A DNA stretch of 64,000 bases from Candidatus Bathyarchaeota archaeon BA2 (lineage in GTDB: Archaea; Thermoproteota; Bathyarchaeia; Bathyarchaeales; Bathyarchaeaceae). The position numbers and the translations under genes are program-made. The stretch lies in NCBI GenBank assembly GCA_001399795.1, contig LIHK01000056.1, positions 89,873-153,872 of the forward strand, read 5' to 3'. Below, piece after piece: positions 27,737 through 38,553 of this stretch. The notes under the pieces were generated by a model. The model searched no databases. It was not told the origin of the DNA and saw only the letters and a program-made list of their open reading frames with translations. How positions within the stretch are numbered: the first letter of the stretch is position 1; every line of letters begins with the position of its first letter.

Positions 27737-28312
27737 TTAGCGGGTTACTTTTATTGGTTCATCGTGACCCGGCACTATGATATCCGCGATCTTCAAAATT
27801 TTTAAGAGACTCTTCATGGCCATTTCTGCATCAGAGTGAACTCTCGGGATAATCCTCCTAGCATAATGATTCCTTGTGGGAATAGCATCTCCAGCCATTA
27901 CGACTTTTCCTTTCTTAAAGACTATGGAAATATGACCATCCACATGCCCTGGTGTTTCAAGGACGAAAGCTCTTTCAGAAATTTTCCTCGGGCTTGGAAT
28001 ATATTCATGAGCATTAACACGTTGAATTTCTTTAGGGTGAGCGTACTTCTTAGCTTTAAATTTGTTGTTGCATCCAATGTGATCCCGGTGGAGGTGAGTA
28101 TTCACTATAACGTCGATTTCTGAGGGGTGGAATCCTGCTTCTTCAATTCCCGTTTTAATAAGGGGCCAGTCTTCCTCTAAGCCTGTATCAACTAAAATGA
28201 GAAGACCATCATCAATTAAAGTCACCGTGGAAGACGCGTATTGAATAATTTCTTTATTATATATAGCTTTTCCAGGCTTAACAATGTAAAGGTCGCCATT
28301 GATTTTAATCAT
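27737..28312 (-). CDS. MBL-fold metallo-hydrolase
   Basis: NTHLHRDHIG (HxHxDH), GHVDGH, PGHD. Confidence 0.8.
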   Translation of the reverse strand: MIKINGDLYIVKPGKAIYNKEIIQYASSTVTLIDDGLLILVDTGLEEDWPLIKTGIEEAGFHPSEIDVIVNTHLHRDHIGCNNKFKAKKYAHPKEIQRVNAHEYIPSPRKISERAFVLETPGHVDGHISIVFKKGKVVMAGDAIPTRNHYARRIIPRVHSDAEMAMKSLLKILKIADIIVPGHDEPIKVTR

Positions 28313-28434
28313 AACTTCTTACTCCACGACCTTGAAGACCCAACTATTTTTAAAGTCAACCCCATATCAAAAGTTTTTGCATCCAAACACTAAACATAGG
28401 TGAAACAAAACCAAAGGAAACCTAAAAACCTAAA

Positions 28435-28453
28435 CCTTAAGTTGCCACGTCGG
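28435..28453. promoter_or_regulatory. Third copy of the GACGTGGCAACTTAAGG motif, about 100 bp upstream of the 28550 gene
   Basis: CCTTAAGTTGCCACGTCGG read directly; lies in the divergent MBL / 28550 intergenic region. Confidence 0.35.
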
Positions 28454-28549
28454 TCATATACCATCAGCTTTATATGAGCTGCCCAATTTAAATATCACAA
28501 AAGTTAAGATAACGTATCAAAGCGGAGAAATCCATTTCAGGAGTCTTGA

Positions 28550-29947
28550 ATGCTTCTTCTCTATGATATTAAGCCTGAAATAGACCCACATGGGGCTCGT
28601 ATACGCTTAGTTCGACTTCTCAGAAAATTAAATGCAATACAATTGCAGCGTTCAACCTGGCTAATTCAACATGTTACGCCGGAATTGCTAAAAATGATTA
28701 ACGAAATCCGAGCTTTAGGCGGGGTTGTCGTGTTTTCTGAATGGAAGCCCATTTCATTAAACCGATTTAAGGGTGAAGGCTTTAGAAATTTAGACTCAAG
28801 TTACGTTGTTGGGGTTGTTGTGCATGGGCCTGAAATCGTTGATACGGGCTGGGCTGAGAAAATACTTGGTTTCCTAAAGGGAACTAGATGTGAAGTTAGG
28901 GCAAAAATTGGGGGAACGATGGGGAGGGTAGCAGTCCTCGACGCAAAACTAGATGATAGAATTGATGTAAAACAGCCAATGCGCCCAAGCCAGGTTATAG
29001 ATGAATTTGAACGAGAAAATGTTGATCTAATAATTTTATTAAACCATGGGAAGTCGATTGAAGCTGGAATTTCGCTTGGGATGGGAATTCTTGAAAATGC
29101 AAAATTAATTCAGCTATTAAAAGTTCCATTAATTCAAATTGAGAGACCTGGGGAACATGATGGAGGAATTATACCTTGGACGGGAAATACTGATGAATTA
29201 GTTCAATGGTTTGCATCAAAATTAAACCTTAACATCATACAACCACCAATTATAACGAAGTGCATTGAAGTAAAGGAAGGCAAAACATATCGAACCCTTC
29301 TAGGGGTGCACCCCGGAGAGAAAATCCTCATAAATGGCAATGTTATTGGGGAAAGCTCGTCTACAAACGTAACCCTCATAGCTGAAAATGGTAAGATAAT
29401 AGACATAATGGGCGGCAAATTAAACAGGCATGGATTGGAGAAATTAGGTGATGTTGACCTCACTAAAGCGATTGTTAAAACTCTCAGAGTTTTGAGAAGA
29501 ACATATCCAAAGGAAAAAGGCTTCAGGCAAACACCTCCAAAAAGGCAAGGAGTAGCTTTAATAGACAAAGCTGAAAATACTCTTGAGATTATTGAACATG
29601 CTAATTTTGCGGTATCAATTGGGGACGATACAACCATAGTCGCGGGTGAAATTCTTTCTAGATTTGGAATACCCATAATAGGTGTCGTGGATGGAGATGC
29701 TGATGGGATACTCTTGCACATCACTGAAAAAGCCCCTATCGCAGAAATTTTAAAGGCAACTCCATCCCGCTCCGTAATTATACTGGTAAAGGCAGGATCC
29801 GATGATGAGGCAGGAAGACTCATTAGGAACCAAATTTTCCATGGCAAAGAAGTCATCAATTTTCGTGGAAAAGTGAATATTGACAGTTTAAAAACTCGAA
29901 TAATCAGATTACTTGGCGATCTAGTTCTAGAAGTAGTCACCACGTAA
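28550..29947 (+). CDS. Conserved hypothetical protein; N-terminal Cas2-like (ferredoxin-fold) module plus large C-terminal domain with GDDT...DGDADG motif
   Basis: [43 protein letters not shown] follows a Cas2-like beta-alpha-beta-alpha-beta pattern. C-terminal part: [32 protein letters not shown]. Confidence 0.5.
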
Positions 29948-30050
29948 ACATTTAGCTTTTAGTCCAGCTATCTAATTTTCCAGTTTGGATTTTCAGGTAT
30001 TTCAAAAACCAGTAAACTTTACAATGTAACTTAAGAAAACTATATACTTC

Positions 30051-31274
30051 TTGAAGGGATACTCCCCTTCTAAATTTGGTGAGAGATCTAAAGTGAAATT
30101 AGAAGAATATTTAGGGGAGTTGTATCACTGTTTCCACTGCCATTTATGTAGCATGTCTAATTGGCATCGTCTTGATGCATGGGTTCCTATTTGTCCCAGC
30201 TTTGCGCGCTTCTGCTTTGAATCTTTTTTAGCTTCGGGACGAATAGAAATAACTCGAGCTATAATTGAAAAAGAAATAGATAAGCCTACCTCCCGCCTAC
30301 TCGAGAGCATATTTAGCTGCACTGGGTGTGGAGCATGTTATGAGCAGTGTAAAGGCCTTACAGGGTTTAAAGCAAATCATGTAGAGTTGTTTGAAGAGTT
30401 AAAAGCTAAATTGGTGGAGCTTGGCTGGGGGCCCTTAACAAAACATGCTGAGTTTTCCAGAAGCATCCGAGAAAACTATAACCCCTATAAGGAGCCTCAT
30501 GAAAAAAGAGCAGCCTGGCTTAAGAAAGATGTTCCAAAAAAGGCTGAAACCATATATTTTGTAGGGTGCACCTCATCCTACAGAACACACAAAATTGCGG
30601 AGGCAACTGTTGACGCCTTAGAGATAGCGGGAATCAACTTCAGAATAATGCATCCAGACGAGTGGTGTTGCGGTTCCCCTCTTCTACGCACCGGGCAAAG
30701 AAAAATGGTGAAGGATTTAGTGAGGCATAACGTAGACGCAATAAAAGCTAGTGGAGCAAGGAGAGTCGTTTTCTCTTGTGCGGGTTGCTACAGGACATTT
30801 AAGAAAGATTATCCCGCAGTCCTCGGCCAAGAATTGGGGTTCGATGTTTTACATACAACGGAATATTTTTCTCAATTAATAGAGGAAGGAAAATTAAAAC
30901 TAAAAAACATAGTTTCAGGAGTCATTACGTATCATGATCCATGCCATTTAGGAAGAGGGGTTGGATTGTATGAGCCTCCAAGAAAACTGTTAACAAGCAT
31001 GGTTGGTAACAAATTTGTTGAGATGAAAAGGAACAGGGGCGATGCGTGGTGTTGTGGGGCTGGGAGTGGAGTGAAGTCAGCTTTCCCGGACTTTGCTGTT
31101 TGGGCAGCCTTAGAACGTTTAAAGGAAGCTAAAGCTATAGGGGCATCAATCCTCTCTTCATCCTGTCCCTTCTGCAAACACAATTTTATGGATGCTTTAA
31201 AGCAAGCTCCAGCTGAACTTAAAACACTGAAAATTAGAGATATAAGCGAACTTGTAGCGGAGGGAGCGAAATGA
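30051..31274 (+). CDS. HdrD/GlcF-like Fe-S protein with two CCG domains (copy 1)
   Basis: CFHCHLCS, CTGCGACYEQC, EWCCGSPLLRTG, AWCCGAGSG, CPFCKHN. Confidence 0.75.
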   Translation: MKGYSPSKFGERSKVKLEEYLGELYHCFHCHLCSMSNWHRLDAWVPICPSFARFCFESFLASGRIEITRAIIEKEIDKPTSRLLESIFSCTGCGACYEQCKGLTGFKANHVELFEELKAKLVELGWGPLTKHAEFSRSIRENYNPYKEPHEKRAAWLKKDVPKKAETIYFVGCTSSYRTHKIAEATVDALEIAGINFRIMHPDEWCCGSPLLRTGQRKMVKDLVRHNVDAIKASGARRVVFSCAGCYRTFKKDYPAVLGQELGFDVLHTTEYFSQLIEEGKLKLKNIVSGVITYHDPCHLGRGVGLYEPPRKLLTSMVGNKFVEMKRNRGDAWCCGAGSGVKSAFPDFAVWAALERLKEAKAIGASILSSSCPFCKHNFMDALKQAPAELKTLKIRDISELVAEGAK

Positions 31275-32680
31275 GCTATATTGAAAGACAGTTAATAGAC
31301 ATTGTTGGTTCTGAACACGTTTCCTCTGATCTAGCCGATCTCGTGCCCTATGAAAGGGATGATCAATTTGCTTTAGTTCCTCCACATAGACCTGATTTTG
31401 TCGTTAAACCCTCAACTAGGGACGAGGTTCAAGCAATTATTCGATTAGCAAACCGATATCGAATACCCGTTGTGCCTTTAGCAGCTGGAATCAACAGGAA
31501 GGGATTATGTATACCTACTGAAGCAGGCATCCTACTTGATCTAAGGAGAATGAATCGCATTTTGGAGGTAAACGAGGAAATGATGACAGCAACCATAGAG
31601 CCCGGGGTAACTTTCGGCCAACTTGTCCAAGAAGTCAGTAAAACAAATCTTCGAGTCATAACGCCATGGGCCCCATCCACAGTTTCTGTTTTGGCAAACT
31701 ATATGTTGAGGGGAATTTATGGTCCAGCCACACGGTATGGAACCGACCATTTAATAACTATTGAAGTGATCCTTCCAAACGGCGATATTCTTCAAACAGG
31801 ATCCGCAGCTACGCCAAAGGGAATGCCCTATTGTGGGATTGTTAATGGCCCCGACTTATGTAAACTATTTCAGGCAAACCCTGGGAATTTGGGGGTGCTG
31901 ACGAAGGGAACCCTTAGGCTTTACCCTAAGCCTGAAGTAATAAAGCCTCTAATGACTTCTCATCCTAACTACGAGGCTATGGTTGAGCCCGCCATAAAAA
32001 TGACCAAACAAAATTTAGTTGCAGCATGTTGGACTATGATGTTTTCTCGTTCAGCTTTAAAGACGTTAACGGAAGGATCAATACTAGAAAATTTTGTTGA
32101 TCTTCTTGAGGGAGACTTTTACACTATGTGGCTGTACGTTGAAGGAGATAGAGGGCAAGCGGAGGCTGATGAAAAGGCTGTCCGAAAATTGGTTGAGGGT
32201 GCTGGGGGGACTGTTTTGCCGATCCCCCACGAAACAGAAGAGGAAATGATAAAGGACCATGTATGGGGGAGAACAACTGTTAGAGGGTGGAAAAAGGGGA
32301 GCTTATATGGATGCTCATTTTATGGAGTAATGAAACACGCCCCAAAATATTATGAGGCTACCTACAAAATCAGCCTGAAATACGGGTTTGACGAATTTCA
32401 TTATGAGGCGGTTCCCGTAGCACCCTTCCATGGGCAACTAGCCTATAACGACCCTTGCATACTTTGGGATTCTGGAAATCCCAGCGAGGTTAAAAGAATA
32501 AGGAAACTTCATAAAGAATTGATGAAAGCTCTACTGGACGTTGGAATTTATGGGTGGTTCCGACCCTTCCCAGGTGTTGTTGATGCTGCGATGCTTGGAA
32601 AATATGGAGAATTGTGGAGGGAAATAAAGAGGTTAATAGACCCAAACAACATAATGAATCCCGGTAAACCTCCTCTTTAG
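31271..32680 (+). CDS. FAD-binding oxidase, GlcD/D-lactate dehydrogenase/VAO family (copy 1)
   Basis: PDFVVKPSTRDEVQAIIRLANRYRIPVVPLAAGIN, TATIEPGVT, C-terminal DPNNIMNPGK; ATGA overlap with the upstream gene. Confidence 0.8.
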   Translation: MSYIERQLIDIVGSEHVSSDLADLVPYERDDQFALVPPHRPDFVVKPSTRDEVQAIIRLANRYRIPVVPLAAGINRKGLCIPTEAGILLDLRRMNRILEVNEEMMTATIEPGVTFGQLVQEVSKTNLRVITPWAPSTVSVLANYMLRGIYGPATRYGTDHLITIEVILPNGDILQTGSAATPKGMPYCGIVNGPDLCKLFQANPGNLGVLTKGTLRLYPKPEVIKPLMTSHPNYEAMVEPAIKMTKQNLVAACWTMMFSRSALKTLTEGSILENFVDLLEGDFYTMWLYVEGDRGQAEADEKAVRKLVEGAGGTVLPIPHETEEEMIKDHVWGRTTVRGWKKGSLYGCSFYGVMKHAPKYYEATYKISLKYGFDEFHYEAVPVAPFHGQLAYNDPCILWDSGNPSEVKRIRKLHKELMKALLDVGIYGWFRPFPGVVDAAMLGKYGELWREIKRLIDPNNIMNPGKPPL

Positions 32681-32693
32681 CCAAAATAGATTC

Positions 32694-33542
32694 TTAAGAT
32701 AAAGGGAATGGGGGTCTCCTAAGGGCGATCTTTAGGATTCGATTATTTTTCGAGATTGCTTTTTCTTGAACCCTTAAAACCTCTTCTCCAAGCTTTGTAA
32801 GAGCATAGGCAGGAATGTTTTTTCCAAATGTGGATAATGCTTTAGGTCCGATAGTTTCTCGAACCACTTTGGAGGCGCAACCATAAACGATATCAGCTTT
32901 TTCAATAAAGGGGGCAAGCTCTTGCCCAATGCCGGTGGTATGCACCACTATTACTAGAACTGTAGCCTTATTTTCTTCTTCTAATAATCTTATTTTCGGT
33001 ATAGCTTGGGCATCTGGTCCCATCATTGTAACCCCAACTTTTCTATACCCCATTTTGAAAGACTTTTTAACACCAGCCACTTGATTTATTTCCGCAGTGT
33101 GGGGATTTAGAATAGTTGCTCCCTTTTTCTCAAGTTCACTTATAACTTCAGGGATCGGGGTGGTTTCAATTAATGCACTCATAAATACGCCGATTCCCTC
33201 CACAAGCGTCGGCTTTTCAGTGATAACAGTTCCCGCTCCGTCGCAAACCGTTACCGTTACGTCAATTATTTTTTGCTTCAAGGCCGTCATCAATGATTCA
33301 GATGCTCCAAAGCCAACAGCGGAGATGTCTGTCTCAAGAATCCTTTCGGGAGTGCAGAGGCCGAAAGCCCCTATTCTAAATTCTATAGACTTTTTTACCG
33401 TTTCCTTAGTTTGCTTTTCGGTTCCCCAAGCACTGTAATTAATGGGGCAAAATTTGGTTAACGGCTCACTCACCACTGAAACAACTCTACCCCCACTGAC
33501 TATAACCTTTGATTTACCAATCTCCCAAACATGCCTATCCAT
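32694..33542 (-). CDS. mmp8: Methanogenesis marker protein 8-like (DUF2099)
   Basis: 282 aa; size and position directly downstream of mcrC. N-terminal HVWEIGKSKVIVSGGRVVSV..PLTKFCP pattern recalled for this family. Confidence 0.5.
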   Translation of the reverse strand: MDRHVWEIGKSKVIVSGGRVVSVVSEPLTKFCPINYSAWGTEKQTKETVKKSIEFRIGAFGLCTPERILETDISAVGFGASESLMTALKQKIIDVTVTVCDGAGTVITEKPTLVEGIGVFMSALIETTPIPEVISELEKKGATILNPHTAEINQVAGVKKSFKMGYRKVGVTMMGPDAQAIPKIRLLEEENKATVLVIVVHTTGIGQELAPFIEKADIVYGCASKVVRETIGPKALSTFGKNIPAYALTKLGEEVLRVQEKAISKNNRILKIALRRPPFPLS

Positions 33543-33592
33543 GTTTCATCTACCCAAAAATTGAGGAAAAATCTCCTTTATTATGGTAATGT

Positions 33593-34222
33593 TTACGCAC
33601 GGCTTTCAGCCAATTTTCTAAACCAATATTTCACTTTCCTAACGATCTCATCAATTTTGCCTTGGGGACATGTTTGACCTCTAATTACTTCTGTTACAAT
33701 GTCTACAATTGTCCCTTTAGTTTCAGGCTTTTCAGGCTCCACTACTCTGGTTCTAACCCCAGCCTTAGCGAAATCTTCAAAATCCGCAGGAGCTTGACAA
33801 ATAACGATCGCTGGAATATTCACGTTCCTCAAAAAAACTTTAGTTTTGTGCACAAAGTGGCGTGGGACATTTCCGTGATGGATTATAGCTAATTTATGGC
33901 GGGCAATTTGATCCTCTTCCTCAGGGCTTATCCCAGAAACTCCGCCTGCTCCAGGCATGGGACCATACGGATATTCTTCTGGGGGCCCTATCCCCGCCTT
34001 TAAGACGAGAACACTTACTTGGAAGCCAGCTTCTCTTAATCCGTAGGTAATTTCGCAAACAGGTTTCGTTATATGACGTGTGCTGGGGCCCATTGAAAGT
34101 ACGATTATGTCTGGCTTTTCTGCCTCCGAGAAGGTTCCTCTCTGAGAAAGTCCCCCGCCAAGGCCAAGTCCAGCCGTTTCCCGGCAATCTATAACTTGGG
34201 TTTCTCTGCCAATCCTTGCCAT
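33593..34222 (-). CDS. mcrC: Methyl-coenzyme M reductase operon protein C
   Basis: MARIGRETQVIDCRETAGLGLGGGLSQRGTFSE matches the conserved McrC N-terminus; 209 aa. Confidence 0.85.
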   Translation of the reverse strand: MARIGRETQVIDCRETAGLGLGGGLSQRGTFSEAEKPDIIVLSMGPSTRHITKPVCEITYGLREAGFQVSVLVLKAGIGPPEEYPYGPMPGAGGVSGISPEEEDQIARHKLAIIHHGNVPRHFVHKTKVFLRNVNIPAIVICQAPADFEDFAKAGVRTRVVEPEKPETKGTIVDIVTEVIRGQTCPQGKIDEIVRKVKYWFRKLAESRA

Positions 34223-34248
34223 CTATCTTTCTCCATTAAATAAGCCGA

Positions 34249-34752
34249 TTATTCCTCGCCCCCCAAAAAATCCATCCGAATGACCGGAGGGCGCTTCCCT
34301 ACTCTATCTTCAGCCGTCTCTTTGCGTTTGCTGAATCTTCCAATTTTAGTGCTAAATCCGTAGGGGAAAGTTTCATTACAAACGTCCTTTATTTTGTCCA
34401 CTTCATCGATTTCGGCTGCTTCAATCCAAAATTTAGAAACTTGAATTTTAAGTGGAATAATTTTTCCGGCTACATCGATTTTTGTTTCATAGTAAACTCG
34501 AGGGCCCTGCATCGTTATTTGAGTGATTCCCATTAATTTCTGCATTTTCCGCAGAAATTTAGCTACAGTCTCTGCGCTCGGTAGGCGGTGGGGAAAAATC
34601 TCAATTTCAGGTTTAAAGGGAAGCCCCCTTGCATGTTCCTTGGCTTCCATGAAGCGTTTCTCTTCAAGAGCTTTTTCTAAAATTCTATAAACTTTCTCAA
34701 AAGTTCTCTGAGCGTTTTCCTTTGCATCAGGTTTCGACTTAATGGTGCTCAT
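34249..34752 (-). CDS. mcrD: Methyl-coenzyme M reductase operon protein D
   Basis: EIEIFPHRLPSAETVAKFL...GPR...IPLKIQV...FPYGF..KIGRF follows the McrD pattern. Start taken at the Met forming an ATGA overlap with the upstream gene. Confidence 0.75.
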   Translation of the reverse strand: MSTIKSKPDAKENAQRTFEKVYRILEKALEEKRFMEAKEHARGLPFKPEIEIFPHRLPSAETVAKFLRKMQKLMGITQITMQGPRVYYETKIDVAGKIIPLKIQVSKFWIEAAEIDEVDKIKDVCNETFPYGFSTKIGRFSKRKETAEDRVGKRPPVIRMDFLGGEE

Positions 34753-35714
34753 GCAGATATCCCACCTTTGTGGTTCCACTGAGAATTAATTAACTCCAAC
34801 TCTTTTAACCTTACGTATGATTTGGGATAAAGCTTTATTAAAATGTAGTTTTTCATCATAGACCTCCTTACCTCAGCAACATCCTCTAATATGTAATTGC
34901 CAACTCTAATTTTTTTAATAATTGAGGCAAACTTATCGTACCGCAATTTGACTCTCACTCCATCAAGTTGGGGGACGATGGGCGCTGGTGAATAGCAAGT
35001 TTTAACTTCTTCTATCTGTTTTTCGATTTCACTTTTAAGTATGAAAGGTGAAGTTATCAGGGGGTCTGCCGCTATCATTTCTCGTCGCCCATCTAGACAT
35101 TTTCCAACAGCTTTAGCTAATTCATCTAGCTTCCTTATTTCGCTTAGAAATCTGGTTCTATAGGGAATTCGGCCTATCCCACTGATGTATGCAGATGCGT
35201 AGGGGACATGGTCCAATTTAGGGCCGCCTGCCACGATAACTGGTATCCGTAAATCCTTATAGAGCTTCCACTTATGCTCTAGGAGGCAATAATCAAAATT
35301 TCCAAGAAGAAATACAGCGGCATCGTGTTCCTCTATCAGCGTTTTTTCTCTCCTTGTTATTTGCGCGACGCGTTGACCAACCCCCCTTGCGAGACCAATA
35401 ATGTTAGTCTTAGCTCCCATTCTCCGAAGATACTCTGCGATGTCGCATGCGGGGTGGGGAAGATGATGTCTGGTTATGGTGGGGGAAACTACGGCAATTT
35501 CAGATCCTACAAGTGGGATTTCTCTAAGTCTAGCTCTAAGTTCAAGAACTAGTTTTCTTAGCGTTGGGGTATCTTCCTCGGGAATGATGAATGTGATTGT
35601 TGCCTCTTGTGCAATGATTCTTACATTAAGGATAGAGCCTCCAAGATCTTCTACTAGTTCAAGGAGCTCTCGATGCCTATAGGCTTCCCCCTCAAATATG
35701 AATCCATTATACAT
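34749..35714 (-). CDS. mmp7: Methanogenesis marker protein 7-like
   Basis: 321 aa; size and position in the mmp cluster between the mmp17-like gene and mcrD. Confidence 0.55.
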   Translation of the reverse strand: MYNGFIFEGEAYRHRELLELVEDLGGSILNVRIIAQEATITFIIPEEDTPTLRKLVLELRARLREIPLVGSEIAVVSPTITRHHLPHPACDIAEYLRRMGAKTNIIGLARGVGQRVAQITRREKTLIEEHDAAVFLLGNFDYCLLEHKWKLYKDLRIPVIVAGGPKLDHVPYASAYISGIGRIPYRTRFLSEIRKLDELAKAVGKCLDGRREMIAADPLITSPFILKSEIEKQIEEVKTCYSPAPIVPQLDGVRVKLRYDKFASIIKKIRVGNYILEDVAEVRRSMMKNYILIKLYPKSYVRLKELELINSQWNHKGGISA

Positions 35715-36411
35715 CGTGCATCAAGTCATTGATTGGTTTCTTCCATGGTTTGTATATTTCTTCAGTTTTCTTAGGCTCTCTTTTAATTTCTTCAAACATT
35801 TCTGGCGGTATGGGCTTTGGTGGCTGAGCTAAGGTGGCTTTAACAATTTCAATCCATTCTTCCTGAATTGGATTTTCTGAGGTTATTATTGTTAGGCCGC
35901 TAGCCTCAGGTAAGAGGTGTTCTATCCTAAATGCTTCTGGAATAATTCTAGTTATTGCATCCAATATTTTTTCCATCATCTTTTCCCTCGGATCTGCAAC
36001 GATTACATTTTGAAGTTCATTTATGGTGGTTAGGTTGCGTGGAATGACGGTTTCCCATCTGTCAATTTGGGCGACATTATTTTTTCCAAAGGAGTTCCAA
36101 AGGACTTTTAACAGTTCAGGCGCGTATGTTTCGTCGTGGATTATAATGTGAATGCCATCCGTCCCCTCCTCTAGACGGGCGTAGTCTTTCATTCTGATTG
36201 GTTGACGTGGAAGACTAAGCTGGACTGAAACTGCAAAGAGGGGCTTCTTTATATCTATTAACACCCTCATCTGCTGGATTGCCTGTCCGATGACTAAATC
36301 ACTAAGTATGTACTCAGCAATAATTTTGTAAATTAAAATGCCAAAATCATGCTGGCACGTTTCATCAAGAGATTCTACAAAAATTTTCTCAGACAAATGA
36401 CAATCTCCCAA
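35707..36411 (-). CDS. mmp17: Methanogenesis marker protein 17-like
   Basis: 234 aa; assigned from its position between mmp15 and mmp7, not from a recognised motif. Confidence 0.45.
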   Translation of the reverse strand: MGDCHLSEKIFVESLDETCQHDFGILIYKIIAEYILSDLVIGQAIQQMRVLIDIKKPLFAVSVQLSLPRQPIRMKDYARLEEGTDGIHIIIHDETYAPELLKVLWNSFGKNNVAQIDRWETVIPRNLTTINELQNVIVADPREKMMEKILDAITRIIPEAFRIEHLLPEASGLTIITSENPIQEEWIEIVKATLAQPPKPIPPEMFEEIKREPKKTEEIYKPWKKPINDLMHDV

Positions 36412-36414
36412 ATG

Positions 36415-37635
36415 TTAAACGATTCCGGAGACTAGAAGGGCAGCTCCGACTGCCCCTCCATATTGAGGCATTTTTGGAACTAATATTTTAATTCCTAGAA
36501 TAGACTCCATTGCTTTAACGAGACCTGGAACAAGGGCTGTACCCCCAACTTCGATGATGGGTTGCCTTAAATCTATCTCCTGCAGTTGTGTCTCAAAAAC
36601 TTGTTGTGCTACACTATTGCAGGCAGCAGCAGCAACATCCTCTGCTAAACTTCCCCTAGCAAGAGCTGATACAAGATCTTGGATGCCAAAGATGGAGCAA
36701 AAGCTATCCATCCTAACTTTTTTATGGTTTCCCTTTAAAGCAAGCTCCCCTAACTTCGCAACATCTATGCCAAGCCTGGAAGCGGCTATTTCTAAAAATC
36801 TGCCAGAGGCTCCGGCGCATAGACCTCCCATGGTGAAGTTGTCTGGAATTCCATTGAGGAGGGTCATTACTTTGTTATCTAGTCCCCCTACGTCTATTAC
36901 GGTTGCCTCCCCCTTTTGCTTATTTGACATGAAGGCTGCACCTTTCGACGCAACAGTCAGTTCTTCTTGAATCAGGTCTGCGTTGAGTTTGCTTCCAATT
37001 AGATGCCTCCCATAACCCGTGACCCCCATTCTATGATTCCAATCGGCAGGAAGTCCAGCATTTTTCAAAGCTTCTTTCTTCACTTTTTCGGCTGACTTAA
37101 ATATGTCAGTTGTGGGGGCCCAACTTGCTCCAATTACCTCATTGTTTTCCATTACTACAGCTTTAGTCATGGATGAGCCTGAGTCAATACCCAAGGTTAG
37201 CCCCTCCTGTCTCTCGCGAGCTAAAAGAGACTTTCTCTCCACTATTGTAGCTAAAGCTTCCATTCTTGTTAGAAGTTCACCTAATTTCGGCTTTTCTGTG
37301 AAAGAATACATAACTAATGGTAACTCTGTTTTTTTCTGTAGATATTTTCTTAATGCATGTTTAGTGAGAGCTCCTTCACCACATCTAAAACATGTAACCA
37401 TGAAGATGGCGTCAGCCTCTGAAGGATCATCAATAATCGATTTTGCTCTTGCAATCATCAATTTTAGGTTTGGGCTTTCAACATCTAACCCAAATTCTTC
37501 AACTGATTTCTTGATGGATTCTAAATCAACTTCGGGGAAGACGAGTTTTGCCCCAATCATATCAGCCGCTTTTTCTAACTCTCCTTGAACGCCACTCCAC
37601 TCGGTTCCACAAGAAATTTGAGCAATCTTTATCAT
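36415..37635 (-). CDS. mmp15: Methanogenesis marker protein 15-like (BadF/BcrA/HgdC-type ATPase domain)
   Basis: 406 aa; [21 protein letters not shown] and [11 protein letters not shown] acetate/sugar-kinase-fold phosphate motifs in the C-terminal half. Confidence 0.7.
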   Translation of the reverse strand: MIKIAQISCGTEWSGVQGELEKAADMIGAKLVFPEVDLESIKKSVEEFGLDVESPNLKLMIARAKSIIDDPSEADAIFMVTCFRCGEGALTKHALRKYLQKKTELPLVMYSFTEKPKLGELLTRMEALATIVERKSLLARERQEGLTLGIDSGSSMTKAVVMENNEVIGASWAPTTDIFKSAEKVKKEALKNAGLPADWNHRMGVTGYGRHLIGSKLNADLIQEELTVASKGAAFMSNKQKGEATVIDVGGLDNKVMTLLNGIPDNFTMGGLCAGASGRFLEIAASRLGIDVAKLGELALKGNHKKVRMDSFCSIFGIQDLVSALARGSLAEDVAAAACNSVAQQVFETQLQEIDLRQPIIEVGGTALVPGLVKAMESILGIKILVPKMPQYGGAVGAALLVSGIV

Positions 37636-37669
37636 GGGAAACAGTCCTTTAAACAGATCTTAATCAACA

Positions 37670-38110
37670 TTATGGTTTACTTAGATTCTTAAGGAAGTCA
37701 ACTATTTTCCTCACCATCACCTCAGCATTTTCCACGGTTGATGGATACTCAACTTTCAAAATTGGGATTTCCTTCTGTCCAAGTAGATATTTAACTAAAA
37801 TATTTGTCCGAGCGCACCCGGAGCAACCGAAGGCGAAGTCTGCGTTTTCTATGATAACGGCGGCTTCAGCTTGATCTATAAGCGGACCTAATATTCCCAT
37901 TCTACCTCTAATTCCGGATGGAGTTTCAACCGCCACATACCTTAACCCTCGAATAAGCTCTTCCTCGCTCACATTGAGAGGAGGACTATCAATTTCAGGT
38001 GTAGTAACTTTTTTCCTAATTTCCTCCATAATTACAATGGGTTCATGACCGAATCTTTCTACTAGATCTGCTAAAATTAAACTATTTGGAGGAAATACGA
38101 AGACCTTCAT
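37670..38110 (-). CDS. mmp5: Methanogenesis marker protein 5-like
   Basis: [24 protein letters not shown]...GCSGCARTN; about 146 aa; ATGA overlap with the upstream gene. Confidence 0.55.
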   Translation of the reverse strand: MKVFVFPPNSLILADLVERFGHEPIVIMEEIRKKVTTPEIDSPPLNVSEEELIRGLRYVAVETPSGIRGRMGILGPLIDQAEAAVIIENADFAFGCSGCARTNILVKYLLGQKEIPILKVEYPSTVENAEVMVRKIVDFLKNLSKP

Positions 38111-38553
38111 GATCTCCTTGCCCATCCATGTTTCTTAATTAGCTTTCTAATCATCTGAATAGGAACTATTTTCTCTTCTGGAGGCTTTGCAACTATGACT
38201 TTTTCTTTCGCTTCCAATGATTCAAGAGCAGCTCCTATTAAAGGGAGCAGTTGATGTTCAAATTCTATAAAGTGGAGGCCTGGTCTTGGGCCTCCACCCT
38301 TACTGGCTCGACATATTCGAATATCCCCGGGGGGATAGGCTCGAACTTTAGAAAAAATGTGATGTTTATCGACCTCCCCGATTTTTTGAAGCAACTCCTT
38401 TACCGCATTTTTCTTCCCTTCAACGATTAGGCCGAAACATGTTTCCTTCATTTTCAGCGTTAACTTTTGACTTATTAAATACTGGTAAAGGAGGGGTGGC
38501 GTGAGATCTGAATTTGGGGAAATTACAAATATACGCGCTTCTGTTTCCTTCAT
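38107..38553 (-). CDS. mmp6: Methanogenesis marker protein 6-like
   Basis: 148 aa; [12 protein letters not shown]...[19 protein letters not shown]; 4-nt overlap with the upstream gene. Confidence 0.55.
   Translation of the reverse strand: MKETEARIFVISPNSDLTPPLLYQYLISQKLTLKMKETCFGLIVEGKKNAVKELLQKIGEVDKHHIFSKVRAYPPGDIRICRASKGGGPRPGLHFIEFEHQLLPLIGAALESLEAKEKVIVAKPPEEKIVPIQMIRKLIKKHGWARRS

Noticed and set aside
29203-29943. 246-aa minus-strand ORF
   Set aside because: It is entirely antisense to the C-terminal half of the 465-aa plus-strand ORF. Its Ser/Pro/Ile-rich, low-complexity composition is typical of the reverse complement of a K/E/G/D-rich gene.
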